Virus record (IMG/VR): IMGVR_UViG_3300033416_000017 | Coordinates: 1 to 39,690 of that record | Source of the DNA: a virus | Taxonomy: Duplodnaviria; Caudoviricetes | Direction: 5' to 3' (one strand) | DNA: 39,690 bases | Shown here: in pieces, positions 26,183-34,756 of the stretch | Layout: each line of letters opens with the position of its first letter | Numbering within the stretch: the first letter of the stretch is position 1 | Notes under the pieces: model-generated | What the model was told of the DNA's origin: nothing | Databases searched by the model: none | What the model saw: only the letters and a program-made list of their open reading frames with translations | Program-made: the position numbers and the translations under genes

Positions 26183-26416
26183 TTACACCCCCACCAGCGA
26201 CGGCATCGTCAATCTCGCACTGGTCCCCGCCAGGCCGCCCGAGACGAGCGTCGAGGCCCCGCCCCGCTCCGCGCCCAGTCGCCGGCGAAGACGCAGGTCG
26301 CTGGCGACGACCTCCGCGTCCGTTGGGCCCGGCAGGGCTGGAGTGGCCGCCTTGGGCTGTAGCGCCTTCCAGGCGATCGACAGACCCAGTCCGAGCAGTG
26401 GAATCAGAAACGGCAC
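26183..26416 (-). CDS. Small virion protein preceding the portal (gp7.3-like)
   Basis: GTG 26416 after GGGAG. RRRLGAERGGASTLVSGGL motif. Stop abuts the portal ATG. Confidence 0.7.
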   Translation of the reverse strand: MPFLIPLLGLGLSIAWKALQPKAATPALPGPTDAEVVASDLRLRRRLGAERGGASTLVSGGLAGTSARLTMPSLVGV

Positions 26417-26610
26417 GGTCGAATCTCCCATCTATGATCTATGAATTTTGATCTGTGGTTCATCGAGGATCAGGGTATCGGGGCGACGGAAATCGCGACG
26501 TAGATCTGCGCTGCCAAAAACGCGAAAACCGCGATCGCAGGCCAATATCGCGGTTTTGAGGCATGAAAAATCTTTTGGCCTTGTACTCCGTTTGATGACA
26601 GCGCAGCTCT

Positions 26611-26737
26611 AAAACTGCGCCCGCCAAGCCAAAACTGCGCAACTCCCTGCCCGATGTAGCGCCCGCCATGCCCGATGTAGCGCCCGCCATGCCCACTGCG
26701 TGACTTTCTTGTGACTTTCTTGTGGCTTTGGCGTGAC
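26611..26737. repeat. Phased direct-repeat array in the intergenic region before the head operon
   Basis: AAAACTGCGC x2 (20-bp period), TGCCCGATGTAGCGCCCGCCA x2 (21 bp, 26648-26694), GTGACTTTCTT x2 plus degenerate copies (11 bp, 26700-26737). Confidence 0.85.
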
Positions 26738-26747
26738 CCGGGTGTGC

Positions 26748-27068
26748 TCAGTCCGTTTCCCGCTCATCCCCGAGCAGCAGGCCGCTATTGAGCAGCAGGG
26801 TCATGACCAGCTCGCTGCGGCGATGGACGCGGGCCTTGCGCTTGATCCGCCCGCAGTAGGTCACGACGGTCCCGCGTGCGATATTCAGTCGCATCGCCGT
26901 CTGAGTGAGCGAGTCGCCGAGGACCAGGCGAATGGCGACCTGGAGCTCGCGCTGCGAGAGGTGCAGCTCCTCCTGGAGTCCCAGCCACAGGCGGACGTTC
27001 TGCAATCGCTCGCGACTCATCGCCGCCGTTCGCCCCGCCAGTCTGATTTCTGATCTATGATTTCTCAT
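26748..27068 (-). CDS. Stand-alone LuxR-type HTH transcriptional regulator (alternative start 27020)
   Basis: LSQRELQVAIRLVLGDSLTQTAMRLNIARGTVVTYCGRIKRKARVHRRSELV is a LuxR C-terminal pattern. Confidence 0.88.
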   Translation of the reverse strand: MRNHRSEIRLAGRTAAMSRERLQNVRLWLGLQEELHLSQRELQVAIRLVLGDSLTQTAMRLNIARGTVVTYCGRIKRKARVHRRSELVMTLLLNSGLLLGDERETD

Positions 27069-27751
27069 TTATGATCCGCTGCTCGCGCTTTGCTCCTGCG
27101 GTATTGTTTGTCGAGGCGCTGGGCGATGATACGCTGGAGACCGAAGGCGGCCTCCGTGGCGAGGTCCCTTATCGACGGATTCAGGTCGAGGGCGCTTTGT
27201 CGCGGCTCGCAGTTGGTGAACTCGCCAGACATCCGCGCCGCAGTGCGCAGCATGGGCATAATGAGCTGCAACGCCCTGTTTTGATCAAGCCCCAGGTGGT
27301 ACAGTTCACCGGCGAGTTCGGGCACGACCTGGTAGAACTTGCCCTGCGCGATGAGAGCGTCTCGCTCCCAGACCTCAATGAGGTACTCTTGGGGATCGTC
27401 GGGGATCTCCACGCGACTGAACCCCAGCCTGACGAGCCGATCCCGTGCCTGGCGGGCTCGCTTTCGTCGTCTCTCGCGCTCTCGAACAATCAGGTTCGAC
27501 TCTTGCTCTTCCAGTGATTGGCGCTGGCGGGCCTGGATCGCAAACTTGCGTTCATAGAGGGCCATGACGAACGGGACGGCGTCCTGGTGGCGGCGGTCTT
27601 GCGCGTTACAGTAAGGGTGTGCCGGGTTGCCAATGACGTTGCACAACTCATGGTCCACGTCCGCCTCGCACATCTTGGCGACTCGGTCCGGCCGGAAGTC
27701 GTAGTCGTGGGCATCCGCCAACAATTCAATCGCTTTTTCTAAATCACTCAT
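27065..27751 (-). CDS. Hypothetical protein (228 aa)
   Basis: ATG 27751 overlaps the upstream stop; MSDLEKAIELLADAH... The ORF-track extension to 28129 overlaps another gene. Confidence 0.65.
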   Translation of the reverse strand: MSDLEKAIELLADAHDYDFRPDRVAKMCEADVDHELCNVIGNPAHPYCNAQDRRHQDAVPFVMALYERKFAIQARQRQSLEEQESNLIVRERERRRKRARQARDRLVRLGFSRVEIPDDPQEYLIEVWERDALIAQGKFYQVVPELAGELYHLGLDQNRALQLIMPMLRTAARMSGEFTNCEPRQSALDLNPSIRDLATEAAFGLQRIIAQRLDKQYRRSKARAADHK

Positions 27752-28365
27752 TCTAGAATCCTCTTGGGCTGCACCGTTTCGGTCGGCCGGCTGACGCCCT
27801 CGTCGCGGGTCTTCTCCAGCTCGATCACGGCGAAGGCCAGGGCCGCGATCGCCGGGTAGTCGGCCAGGGCGAGTTTGGCCAGGTCCTCGTGCCGCGGTGC
27901 CGTCATGAGCTCCCCGGTCAATCGATTGCTCCGCGGGACGTCGAGCCGCCCCGTCTCCTGCATCCTCGCCAGGATGGGGAACGCGTAATTGAACGGCCCT
28001 TTCATGGCGCACAGCAGACTGGCCTCCAGCCGGAAGCCGCGCCGCACGTATTCGACATTGGCTGCGAACTGCATCGCGGCCACGTGGGAGCAGTCGGCCA
28101 GGGCCCGCTCCGGCCGGTAGTACCACCACAGGGCCGCGGTCCGATCGACGACATGCCAGAGTCGCTCATCGGACGCCTCATCGAGCACGATCAGCTTGGG
28201 CAGGCCGCCGACGCGGTCCAGCAGACACTCGCCCACGACGACGATCCAGCCGGGCCGGGCCGCCGGCCAGGCCGCGCCCAGGTAGATCCGCGAGTACTTG
28301 ACGTCCTCGCCCCCGGGGAAATGCTCATTGGACCTTATCGATCCGATTTGTCCTATAGGTCGCAT
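27748..28365 (-). CDS. Terminase-nuclease-like (RNase H fold) protein, apparently lacking catalytic residues
   Basis: ATG 28365, 5 nt after the TerL stop. Motif order IYLGAAWP / IVLDE / ALAD / GRLDV / LTGEL / DYPAIAALAFAV parallels the TerL C-domain. Confidence 0.55.
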   Translation of the reverse strand: MRPIGQIGSIRSNEHFPGGEDVKYSRIYLGAAWPAARPGWIVVVGECLLDRVGGLPKLIVLDEASDERLWHVVDRTAALWWYYRPERALADCSHVAAMQFAANVEYVRRGFRLEASLLCAMKGPFNYAFPILARMQETGRLDVPRSNRLTGELMTAPRHEDLAKLALADYPAIAALAFAVIELEKTRDEGVSRPTETVQPKRILE

Positions 28366-28370
28366 TCGTC

Positions 28371-29690
28371 CTATCTCGCAAAGTAGTTGCCGCCCTCGAC
28401 GCTGTACACCACGTACCGCAGGGCATCGGGGCAATGGTCGTTCTGTTTCTCAGGCTCATCCCGGGGATCCCGGGTCTCGGTCCCCTCCTTCCAGCGATAG
28501 GCGATCATCTCGCGGATCGTGTTGGGGCAGGCCGAGCTGATCGTCAGGGAGGCCCGGCCATTGCCCTGGATCTTGAGTTTCGCCTGGACCAGCTCGATCC
28601 CCAGTCGGACATCCTTCTTGGCCGGCAGGCTATCGATCCCCAGCTCGGCCAGTTCGAAGACGTCCTGCGCATCGTGATCGGCCCACGTCGCGACGTAGCG
28701 CTCCTCGCCGCTGATCCGTTGGATCCGCTGCGCATGCCAGGCCAGGCTCTCCCGCTCGCGGTAGTGCTCCGCGTACACGTGCCACACGCGATCGGGCCCG
28801 TACCGGGCCAGCCACAGGCAGACGAACGGATTATTGAATCCCAGATCGATGCCGCGATAGAGCTCCGCATCCGCCGGCAGCTCGAACGGCGCCACGACGT
28901 GGACCTCGCGGCGAAACGATTTGTACACGGCGCCGAGGAACGCCGCGAACCGGCCCCGGATACGCGTCTCCTGCACCTCCTCCGGCCAGGTCGCGATCAG
29001 GGCGTCGATCTCGGCGTCGTCGATGTAGCCGCCGCGGCTTCGCCGGTTGTCCTCCAGGTCCGCGAAGAAGACGGCATCCCGAGGACCCGGGTCCCGGGAG
29101 ATCGCCTCGATCGCCGGCTGCGGCAGGATCGGCGTCATGGACCAGGTCATGAACCGCTGGCAGCCGGCATCGCAGGGATCCTCATAAGGGTCCGCCAGCC
29201 GCATGATCAGCTCGCGGAGGATCTCGACGTGATCGTGTTCGCACTGCTCGTCCGCATAGATCGCATCGACGGCCCGGCCCTGGAAGACGACGCGGCCCTG
29301 CTCGAAGGCCTTGAACTCGATCGTCGTCCCGTTGAGTAGGTGAATCGCCTCCGGAATGTCCCGGCCCTTATTGTGCCAGGCGATGGCGGCGATCTGATTG
29401 GGCGGCAGGTAGCCCTTGATCTTCTCGCGCCAGATGATGGCCCCGACCATGTCCCAGGTCGGCGCGATGGCCCAGAGGATCGCCCGCCTCGGCGTCTTGC
29501 GGACCCAGTGCACGCCCAGCGCGAAACTGCACAGATCGAATCCGGTATTGGCCTCGCTCTTGCCTGAGCGGTTGCCCCCGAAGAACCAGCGAAACTTGGC
29601 GAGCGAGCGGTGAAACTGGTCTGCCGCCGGCAATGCCCGGTACAGCAGAATCGCCTTGCCTATCGAGTTGATCTGACGATCGGATAGCAT
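28371..29690 (-). CDS. terL: Terminase large subunit
   Basis: Walker A GGNRSGKS, Walker B IYADE, nuclease motifs YRGIDLGFNNP and NDHCPDALRY. Confidence 0.97.
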   Translation of the reverse strand: MLSDRQINSIGKAILLYRALPAADQFHRSLAKFRWFFGGNRSGKSEANTGFDLCSFALGVHWVRKTPRRAILWAIAPTWDMVGAIIWREKIKGYLPPNQIAAIAWHNKGRDIPEAIHLLNGTTIEFKAFEQGRVVFQGRAVDAIYADEQCEHDHVEILRELIMRLADPYEDPCDAGCQRFMTWSMTPILPQPAIEAISRDPGPRDAVFFADLEDNRRSRGGYIDDAEIDALIATWPEEVQETRIRGRFAAFLGAVYKSFRREVHVVAPFELPADAELYRGIDLGFNNPFVCLWLARYGPDRVWHVYAEHYRERESLAWHAQRIQRISGEERYVATWADHDAQDVFELAELGIDSLPAKKDVRLGIELVQAKLKIQGNGRASLTISSACPNTIREMIAYRWKEGTETRDPRDEPEKQNDHCPDALRYVVYSVEGGNYFAR

Positions 29691-29692
29691 GG

Positions 29693-29899
29693 TCAGTGGT
29701 CAGTTGCTGGTTGTTGGTTGTTGGTTTCTGAGCTCTCGGATTTCAAATTGTGCAGCGCCAGCAGAACCTTCCCATCGACCTCCCGGCGCAGATCCGCGAG
29801 CATCACAGCCACCACCGCGTCCCGATAGCACTCCAACTCCGCTACGATGTCCGCCGTGGCCATCCAGAGTCTCAGATCGATATCCGAGTGTGGCTTCAT
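29693..29899 (-). CDS. Hypothetical protein (68 aa) between terS and terL
   Basis: ATG 29899 overlaps the terS stop, RBS GGGAG. MKPHSDIDLRLW... Confidence 0.6.
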   Translation of the reverse strand: MKPHSDIDLRLWMATADIVAELECYRDAVVAVMLADLRREVDGKVLLALHNLKSESSETNNQQPATDH

Positions 29900-30453
29900 G
29901 TCTTGCTCCCTTTCTGCATCGCCTCCCGGATCTCGTCGCACTCGGTCTGACTCAGGGCCTCGGGATTCTCGACCACGACATGCTCCGTGGGCTTGCCCTC
30001 GTCGTAGTGCATCAGCTCGCGCATCGCCAGCCAACTGGTCCCGGAGATCCCTCGCTTGATGCACTGCTCCACCGACGTCATGGCCGCCTGCTGAGAGCCG
30101 GTCAATCCGCCTTTTCGCCTTAGAAACTTCCGCTCCGCCGCGGTCATTTCCAGGTACCTGCAGATCCACCAGTGCAGGAACGAGCGCCGCCGCGGACAGC
30201 CGGCGGGATTGCCGCTGACCCCCGGCTGGAACTGGTGCTCCTTGGGCGGTCGGCCGGGCCCGACATCCGTCCGTTTTCGCCTTTTTGGGGCCTTTCCCTG
30301 ATGGTCAGGGACGAATTTTAACCCCTTGTGCAACCTCGACTTACGTTTATTTACCCCCCTACGAATCGGGCGTTTTCGCGATTGGGTTCTGATCCGATAT
30401 GGACCCCGTTTTGATCCTGATTTTGGCCGTTTGTTCACTGCTTTCTTACCCAT
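29896..30453 (-). CDS. terS: Terminase small subunit (DUF5681-like)
   Basis: GRPPKEHQFQPGVSGNPAGCP motif, basic N-terminus, YDEGKPTE near the C-terminus. Upstream of terL. Confidence 0.8.
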   Translation of the reverse strand: MGKKAVNKRPKSGSKRGPYRIRTQSRKRPIRRGVNKRKSRLHKGLKFVPDHQGKAPKRRKRTDVGPGRPPKEHQFQPGVSGNPAGCPRRRSFLHWWICRYLEMTAAERKFLRRKGGLTGSQQAAMTSVEQCIKRGISGTSWLAMRELMHYDEGKPTEHVVVENPEALSQTECDEIREAMQKGSKT

Positions 30454-30462
30454 CTTGGCCCC

Positions 30463-31680
30463 CTATTTCGCAGTCATTGCGTCGAGGATTCCCGGCACAA
30501 TCTTGGCCATGGCGACCGCGCCCAAGTTGCGAATGCTGCGGACTTTACGCTTCTTTCGGATATCGGCGACGCACCGCTTTTCAAACTCATCGTACCGGCC
30601 CGCCGGGATCGAGTCGGCGACGGTCTGCTGCCAGTAGTGGACCCACACCCCCACATCGCCCCGATCCCGCTCGTGAGCGGCCGCCAGGTCCGGCGGAGCG
30701 GGGCGGCCGTGGATCGCCTCGTATAGGGCCCGCCCGAACAGGACGGCCCGCGTGTTCGTCCAGGCGATGGCATCGCCGAGTGAAACTGACCCGGGCCGTG
30801 CGTTGCGAGGATGGCCCCCAGGAGGCTCCAGGGGCTCCGAACGGTCCGCGACGGCCCGGCGGTCAGATTTCGGCAGATTCCCAGCTTCTTGGCCCTGTGC
30901 TGTCCCTTGCCCTTGGCCCTGTGACTTGCTTGGCTTGCTTGCTTGGCTTGCTTGGCTTGCTTGTCCTTGGCTGTGCTCTATGCCTAATCTGCTAATCTGA
31001 TTCTTCGTATGGGAAAGAGCATCTGAAATCTGCTTGCCTTGTCTTGTCTTGCTTGTCTTGTCTTGCTTGTCTTCCCCTTCCCCTCTTCCAGACTCCCCCC
31101 CTCCCCCCTCTGGTTTCCCCCCTTCCCCTTCGGATCTTTGATCGATGATCTTCGATCTATGATTCCGCCAGGTCCTCGCCGCGTCGGCCTCGGCCCGGGT
31201 CAGATAGCAGGCCAGGCCGTGTCCGATCATCCACTCTAAGCGGCTCGTGAACGTCGCCGGGTCCAGCCGCCAGTCGAGGCACAGGCGAACCGGATCGCCC
31301 CAGACGATGCCCCAGTCGTCCTCCCGGGCCGCCTGGAGCCACACCGTGAGGCAGAAGACCCGCTGGCCATGATCTGCTGAGCGCCAGAAGGCCTTATCGA
31401 GCAGATCGAGGCACAGGGGTATGAACGGTGGATTGGCCGTTCGATGCTTCCACACGCCCCAGGGGCCCCGGGCGTTGACGACGGCCAGGTAAGGGGCCTC
31501 CAGCCCATACCGCTGGTCCGGATTCGCCGGCCAGGGAAACCGCCGATGCTCCGTATCGACCAGGCCGGCCGCCGGCGGCGACTCGGACGGTAGTGGGCTC
31601 GATGCCCTGCGTTCGCCCGACCGCCGCCGGCTCGGCCTATCCTTCGCCCGCGTTCGGGCATGCCAATGCCTCTTGGACAT
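30463..31680 (-). CDS. Putative replication initiator protein
   Basis: ATG 31680, 405 aa. Winged-helix-like region (FWRSADHGQRVFCLTVWLQAA...WMIGHGLA) followed by a low-complexity repeat linker, as in lambdoid O-type initiators. Confidence 0.55.
   Translation of the reverse strand: MSKRHWHARTRAKDRPSRRRSGERRASSPLPSESPPAAGLVDTEHRRFPWPANPDQRYGLEAPYLAVVNARGPWGVWKHRTANPPFIPLCLDLLDKAFWRSADHGQRVFCLTVWLQAAREDDWGIVWGDPVRLCLDWRLDPATFTSRLEWMIGHGLACYLTRAEADAARTWRNHRSKIIDQRSEGEGGKPEGGGGESGRGEGEDKQDKTSKTRQGKQISDALSHTKNQISRLGIEHSQGQASQASQASKPSKSQGQGQGTAQGQEAGNLPKSDRRAVADRSEPLEPPGGHPRNARPGSVSLGDAIAWTNTRAVLFGRALYEAIHGRPAPPDLAAAHERDRGDVGVWVHYWQQTVADSIPAGRYDEFEKRCVADIRKKRKVRSIRNLGAVAMAKIVPGILDAMTAK
30925..31131. 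repeat. Short tandem repeats and purine/pyrimidine-skewed tract inside the replication gene (possible origin)
   Basis: (CTTGCTTGG)n at about 30925-30965, (CTTGT/CTTG)n at about 31031-31072, C/T-rich tract 31073-31131. Confidence 0.6.
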
Positions 31681-31706
31681 AAGGTCAAGTTCATCGTTGT
31701 GGGTTG

Positions 31707-31943
31707 TCAGTTGACGATCTGCGCCCGCGGCGTGAAGCTCGCGCACGTCCAGCCCGGCCGCACCACGGGCCGGACCGCATTGACGATCCAGTTGACCCGG
31801 GGCGGCCCGCCGGCCATCGGAGACGCCGAGAATATGGCCTCCCCGATCACGGCCGGCGGATCATGCCAGCACTCAGGCTGCTTGGCGTCGTTGGCGTGGC
31901 AATAGTGGCAGTTCGTGCAATCTTCGCGCGCTGGATCAGGCAT
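31707..31943 (-). CDS. Small Cys-rich (zinc-binding-like) phage protein
   Basis: CTNCHYC...CWHDPP...RPVV..GWTCASF. Confidence 0.7.
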   Translation of the reverse strand: MPDPAREDCTNCHYCHANDAKQPECWHDPPAVIGEAIFSASPMAGGPPRVNWIVNAVRPVVRPGWTCASFTPRAQIVN

Positions 31944-31974
31944 AGGAGCGTTCCTCGTTGTTCGTTGTTCGTTA

Positions 31975-33888
31975 TCACCTGGCCTTGGGGCCGTGGTCGA
32001 TCAGGGCCCCGGTCTTGGCACAGGCATCGAGTTGGCAGACCCCACAGTCCCCGACACAGTCGCCGATCGGCCCAGCCATATCACCGGGGTTCGGGGTAGT
32101 TTTGCCGCTGCGTTTGGACGGTTTCGAGTCGGGGATCTCGGGTGGCGCCTTGGTGTCCTTCGCCAGCTCCTGCGCGTATCGCTGGTTTAGATCGATCCCG
32201 AGCAGATCGGTGATATCTTTAAGCTCCGGCCGTTTGTAGTCACCGTAGACGTGGAGAGCCTCTCGCTTGACGTACTGGATAAATTCGAGCCAACTGCCAT
32301 CGATGACCGTCCGCCAGAAGATTTGTTTGTTCTCCGGGTTGTCCGTCGTGGCGGCGGCGACCAGACTTTTCCAGACCGGCAGGGCTGTGGGTTCCATGCC
32401 CTTCCACTCCGTCACGGCGAACATTTGCTCCGTCCGCAGGCATAGAAGCATCACGATCTCGTCCCGAGGCTGGGCCCGCTTCGCCAGCTCCCCATAGACG
32501 GCCCGGATCACCTTCTCCCAGCGATCCTGCTTTTCCTTCTGCTTCTTCGCGCGGGCGACGTCCGCCGCCGAAGGAACGCGGGGATCCTGTGACTCGGGCT
32601 TCTTCGCGACCTTGACCCAGACTTCCGAGCCCTTTTTGTGGCCCTTATCGCCGGCCACCACGATCCCCAGCGTGGCGCCCTTGGTGTCAGCCTTGACGAT
32701 TGTGACCCGGTCCGCCGTGACCAGGCCCGACCCGAAGGCCTTGCGCAGGGGGCGCAGAATCTCGTCGTATCGCTTCTTCTTCGGCGGGTCCCATCCCTCC
32801 GGCGGCGTCGCCAGGCAGATCGGCGCGATCGAGGCCCGGGCCTTGTCCCCGACGATATCGTTCGCGACGGTCGCCTGGTCTTTCTTCACCAGGAAATCCT
32901 GCTTGATCGCCTTGCCGCACTGGCGGGTCCAGCACTTCGGATCCAGGCACCGGACCGCCTGGCCCTCGTCCGCCTTGAGGTCCGGGTCCTCCCACAAGAG
33001 CTGATCGATCGCGTCCGTCCGCTTGTCGCAGCCATTGCAGGCGACGCGCAAGTCGAACGGCGCCTTGGCCAGAAGCAGTTTCTCCGTCTGGAGCCACTCG
33101 CCGACCTTCTTGGCCGAGGCGTCGTGCGGATCGAACCGGTAATCCTTCTGGACCTTGGCCAGCCAGTGCTCCTGAATCGCCGGCGGCAGCCGGGCGATCT
33201 GGATCCAGTGCGCCGCCGTCCAGTGCGAATAGTCCCGGCGGACGTGATCGCTATACTGTGGCTCCTCCGTGTGCTCCGCTTCCTCCTTCCAGCCCGGGAT
33301 CAGGTTCCACTCGATCATGGCGTGGGTCAGGACCCAGTGCTCGGTCTTACCGAGCTTGGCGGCCACCGCCCGGACGTTCTGGTTGGCGAGCCACCAGGCC
33401 GCCCGCCGACCCTCCTCCAGGGGCGTCAGGTCCTCGTGCAGATTGCTCATCGCGAGGATGTCATACGCCTCGTCCTCCTCCAGGGCCCCCAGGTCCCGGA
33501 CGGGCACCGTCTTGAGCCCGGCCTCCTTGGCCGCCGCCAGCCGGCGGTGTCCGCTGAGGACCTGCCGGCGCTCCGGATGGGCATCGTTGGCGATCAGTGT
33601 CAACTGCCGGACCGTCAGTGGCTCCAAGACCCCGTTACGCCGAATGCTCTCGAGCAGATCGAGAAACTTCGGGCTCTGGGTGTTCAGGCCTCGCGGATTG
33701 TCGGGATGGGGATCGAGATCGGCAACGCGCCAATCGACGATCCGCGTCGCGGAGATCCCCACCGTCGCCGCCTCACTGCTGTCCGTGCCCGTCCGTGTCG
33801 GTTCCTGCCCGTCCACACCGTCCACGTCTTTATCCACCCTGTCCTCGCTGAACTTCTCGATCATCGTTTTGCTCTTGACTCGTGGCAT
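31975..33888 (-). CDS. ParB/Spo0J-like N-terminal domain protein
   Basis: LDPHPDNPR, LLESIRRNGVLEPLTVR, VLSGHRRLAAA and SNLHEDLTPLEE, then HTH VAAKLGKTEHWV and a CxxC..C..C cluster. Confidence 0.9.
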   Translation of the reverse strand: MPRVKSKTMIEKFSEDRVDKDVDGVDGQEPTRTGTDSSEAATVGISATRIVDWRVADLDPHPDNPRGLNTQSPKFLDLLESIRRNGVLEPLTVRQLTLIANDAHPERRQVLSGHRRLAAAKEAGLKTVPVRDLGALEEDEAYDILAMSNLHEDLTPLEEGRRAAWWLANQNVRAVAAKLGKTEHWVLTHAMIEWNLIPGWKEEAEHTEEPQYSDHVRRDYSHWTAAHWIQIARLPPAIQEHWLAKVQKDYRFDPHDASAKKVGEWLQTEKLLLAKAPFDLRVACNGCDKRTDAIDQLLWEDPDLKADEGQAVRCLDPKCWTRQCGKAIKQDFLVKKDQATVANDIVGDKARASIAPICLATPPEGWDPPKKKRYDEILRPLRKAFGSGLVTADRVTIVKADTKGATLGIVVAGDKGHKKGSEVWVKVAKKPESQDPRVPSAADVARAKKQKEKQDRWEKVIRAVYGELAKRAQPRDEIVMLLCLRTEQMFAVTEWKGMEPTALPVWKSLVAAATTDNPENKQIFWRTVIDGSWLEFIQYVKREALHVYGDYKRPELKDITDLLGIDLNQRYAQELAKDTKAPPEIPDSKPSKRSGKTTPNPGDMAGPIGDCVGDCGVCQLDACAKTGALIDHGPKAR

Positions 33889-33903
33889 AATCGTCCTCAT
33901 CAG

Positions 33904-34437
33904 TTACTGCCCGGGATTCGGGCTCAATCGATTCTCCGCCCCGATCGGAACGCCGACCAGCTTGGAGCCCTTGCAGACGTGGCCCGTCGAGCGGTCCATA
34001 TGCTGGTACGGGTACTTCTGCCCCGACTTCTCCTTGGCGCCCTCGACCACGAGGCCGCACTGGGCGCATTTGATCTTCATGCCCGCCATGAAACGGACCT
34101 TCTTGGGATTGCTGCTGCGGCGGCGCCCGCCGCCGCGACTCGGGGCCATTTGGGTGACGGTCTCTATGGCGACCGTCTCGGCCCGCTCATCGCCCGCGAT
34201 CCGCCGGCAGATTTCGATAAAGGATTCTTCCGCCTCGTGCAGCTTGCCGGCCGCCGCATCGAGGTCCTGGAGTAATTGTCGATCGATCATAAGTTGCCTC
34301 GTTGTGGGTTGTAGGTTGTTGGTTGTTGGTTGGGCGGGGATAGTGTCCTCGTACTCGATCGCGCGATCCAACGCCGCCGCCCGGACGGCCTCACGCTCGT
34401 CGATCGTGTGATGCCGATAGTGACCCTTGGGACTCAC
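33904..34437 (-). CDS. Zinc-ribbon protein (start 34437 or 34290)
   Basis: CAQCG...HMDRSTGHVC. Internal ATG 34290 follows a heptamer repeat and GAGG. Confidence 0.65.
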   Translation of the reverse strand: MSPKGHYRHHTIDEREAVRAAALDRAIEYEDTIPAQPTTNNLQPTTRQLMIDRQLLQDLDAAAGKLHEAEESFIEICRRIAGDERAETVAIETVTQMAPSRGGGRRRSSNPKKVRFMAGMKIKCAQCGLVVEGAKEKSGQKYPYQHMDRSTGHVCKGSKLVGVPIGAENRLSPNPGQ

Positions 34438-34719
34438 TTAGCCGCCGCGGAAGGAGTTGGCCGGCCGTTTGAGCAGGTCGCCCCGCTCCACGGCCTTGTC
34501 GGGAGGGGTCTCGAAGCCGAACGTGATCTGGTACCACCGGGCCCGCAGATCGTCGCGAGTGCTCTTCGTGGCGTCGGCCTTGAGCTTGTACGACCACCAT
34601 CGCTGGCGATTCTTCATCCGCCAGGCGGCCGCCCGGTCCGGATCGAAGATCCAGTCGTGGACTCGCGCCAGGAAGATCGCCAGGGCGTCCCACAGGAGAT
34701 TCGCTATCCATGCCTTCAT
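34438..34719 (-). CDS. Hypothetical protein
   Basis: 93 aa, tightly packed in the operon. Confidence 0.65.
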   Translation of the reverse strand: MKAWIANLLWDALAIFLARVHDWIFDPDRAAAWRMKNRQRWWSYKLKADATKSTRDDLRARWYQITFGFETPPDKAVERGDLLKRPANSFRGG

Positions 34720-34756
34720 AAGAGGGTTTCCAGTTGTTGGTTGTTGGCGAGGGCTT

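Noticed and set aside
26460-26696. 78-aa ORF MGMAGATSGMAGATSG...
   Set aside because: It appears to be a translation of the 21-bp DNA repeat, with no RBS or protein-like features.
26611-26737. CRISPR mini-array
   Set aside because: The repeats are directly tandem with no unique spacers, and there are no cas genes.
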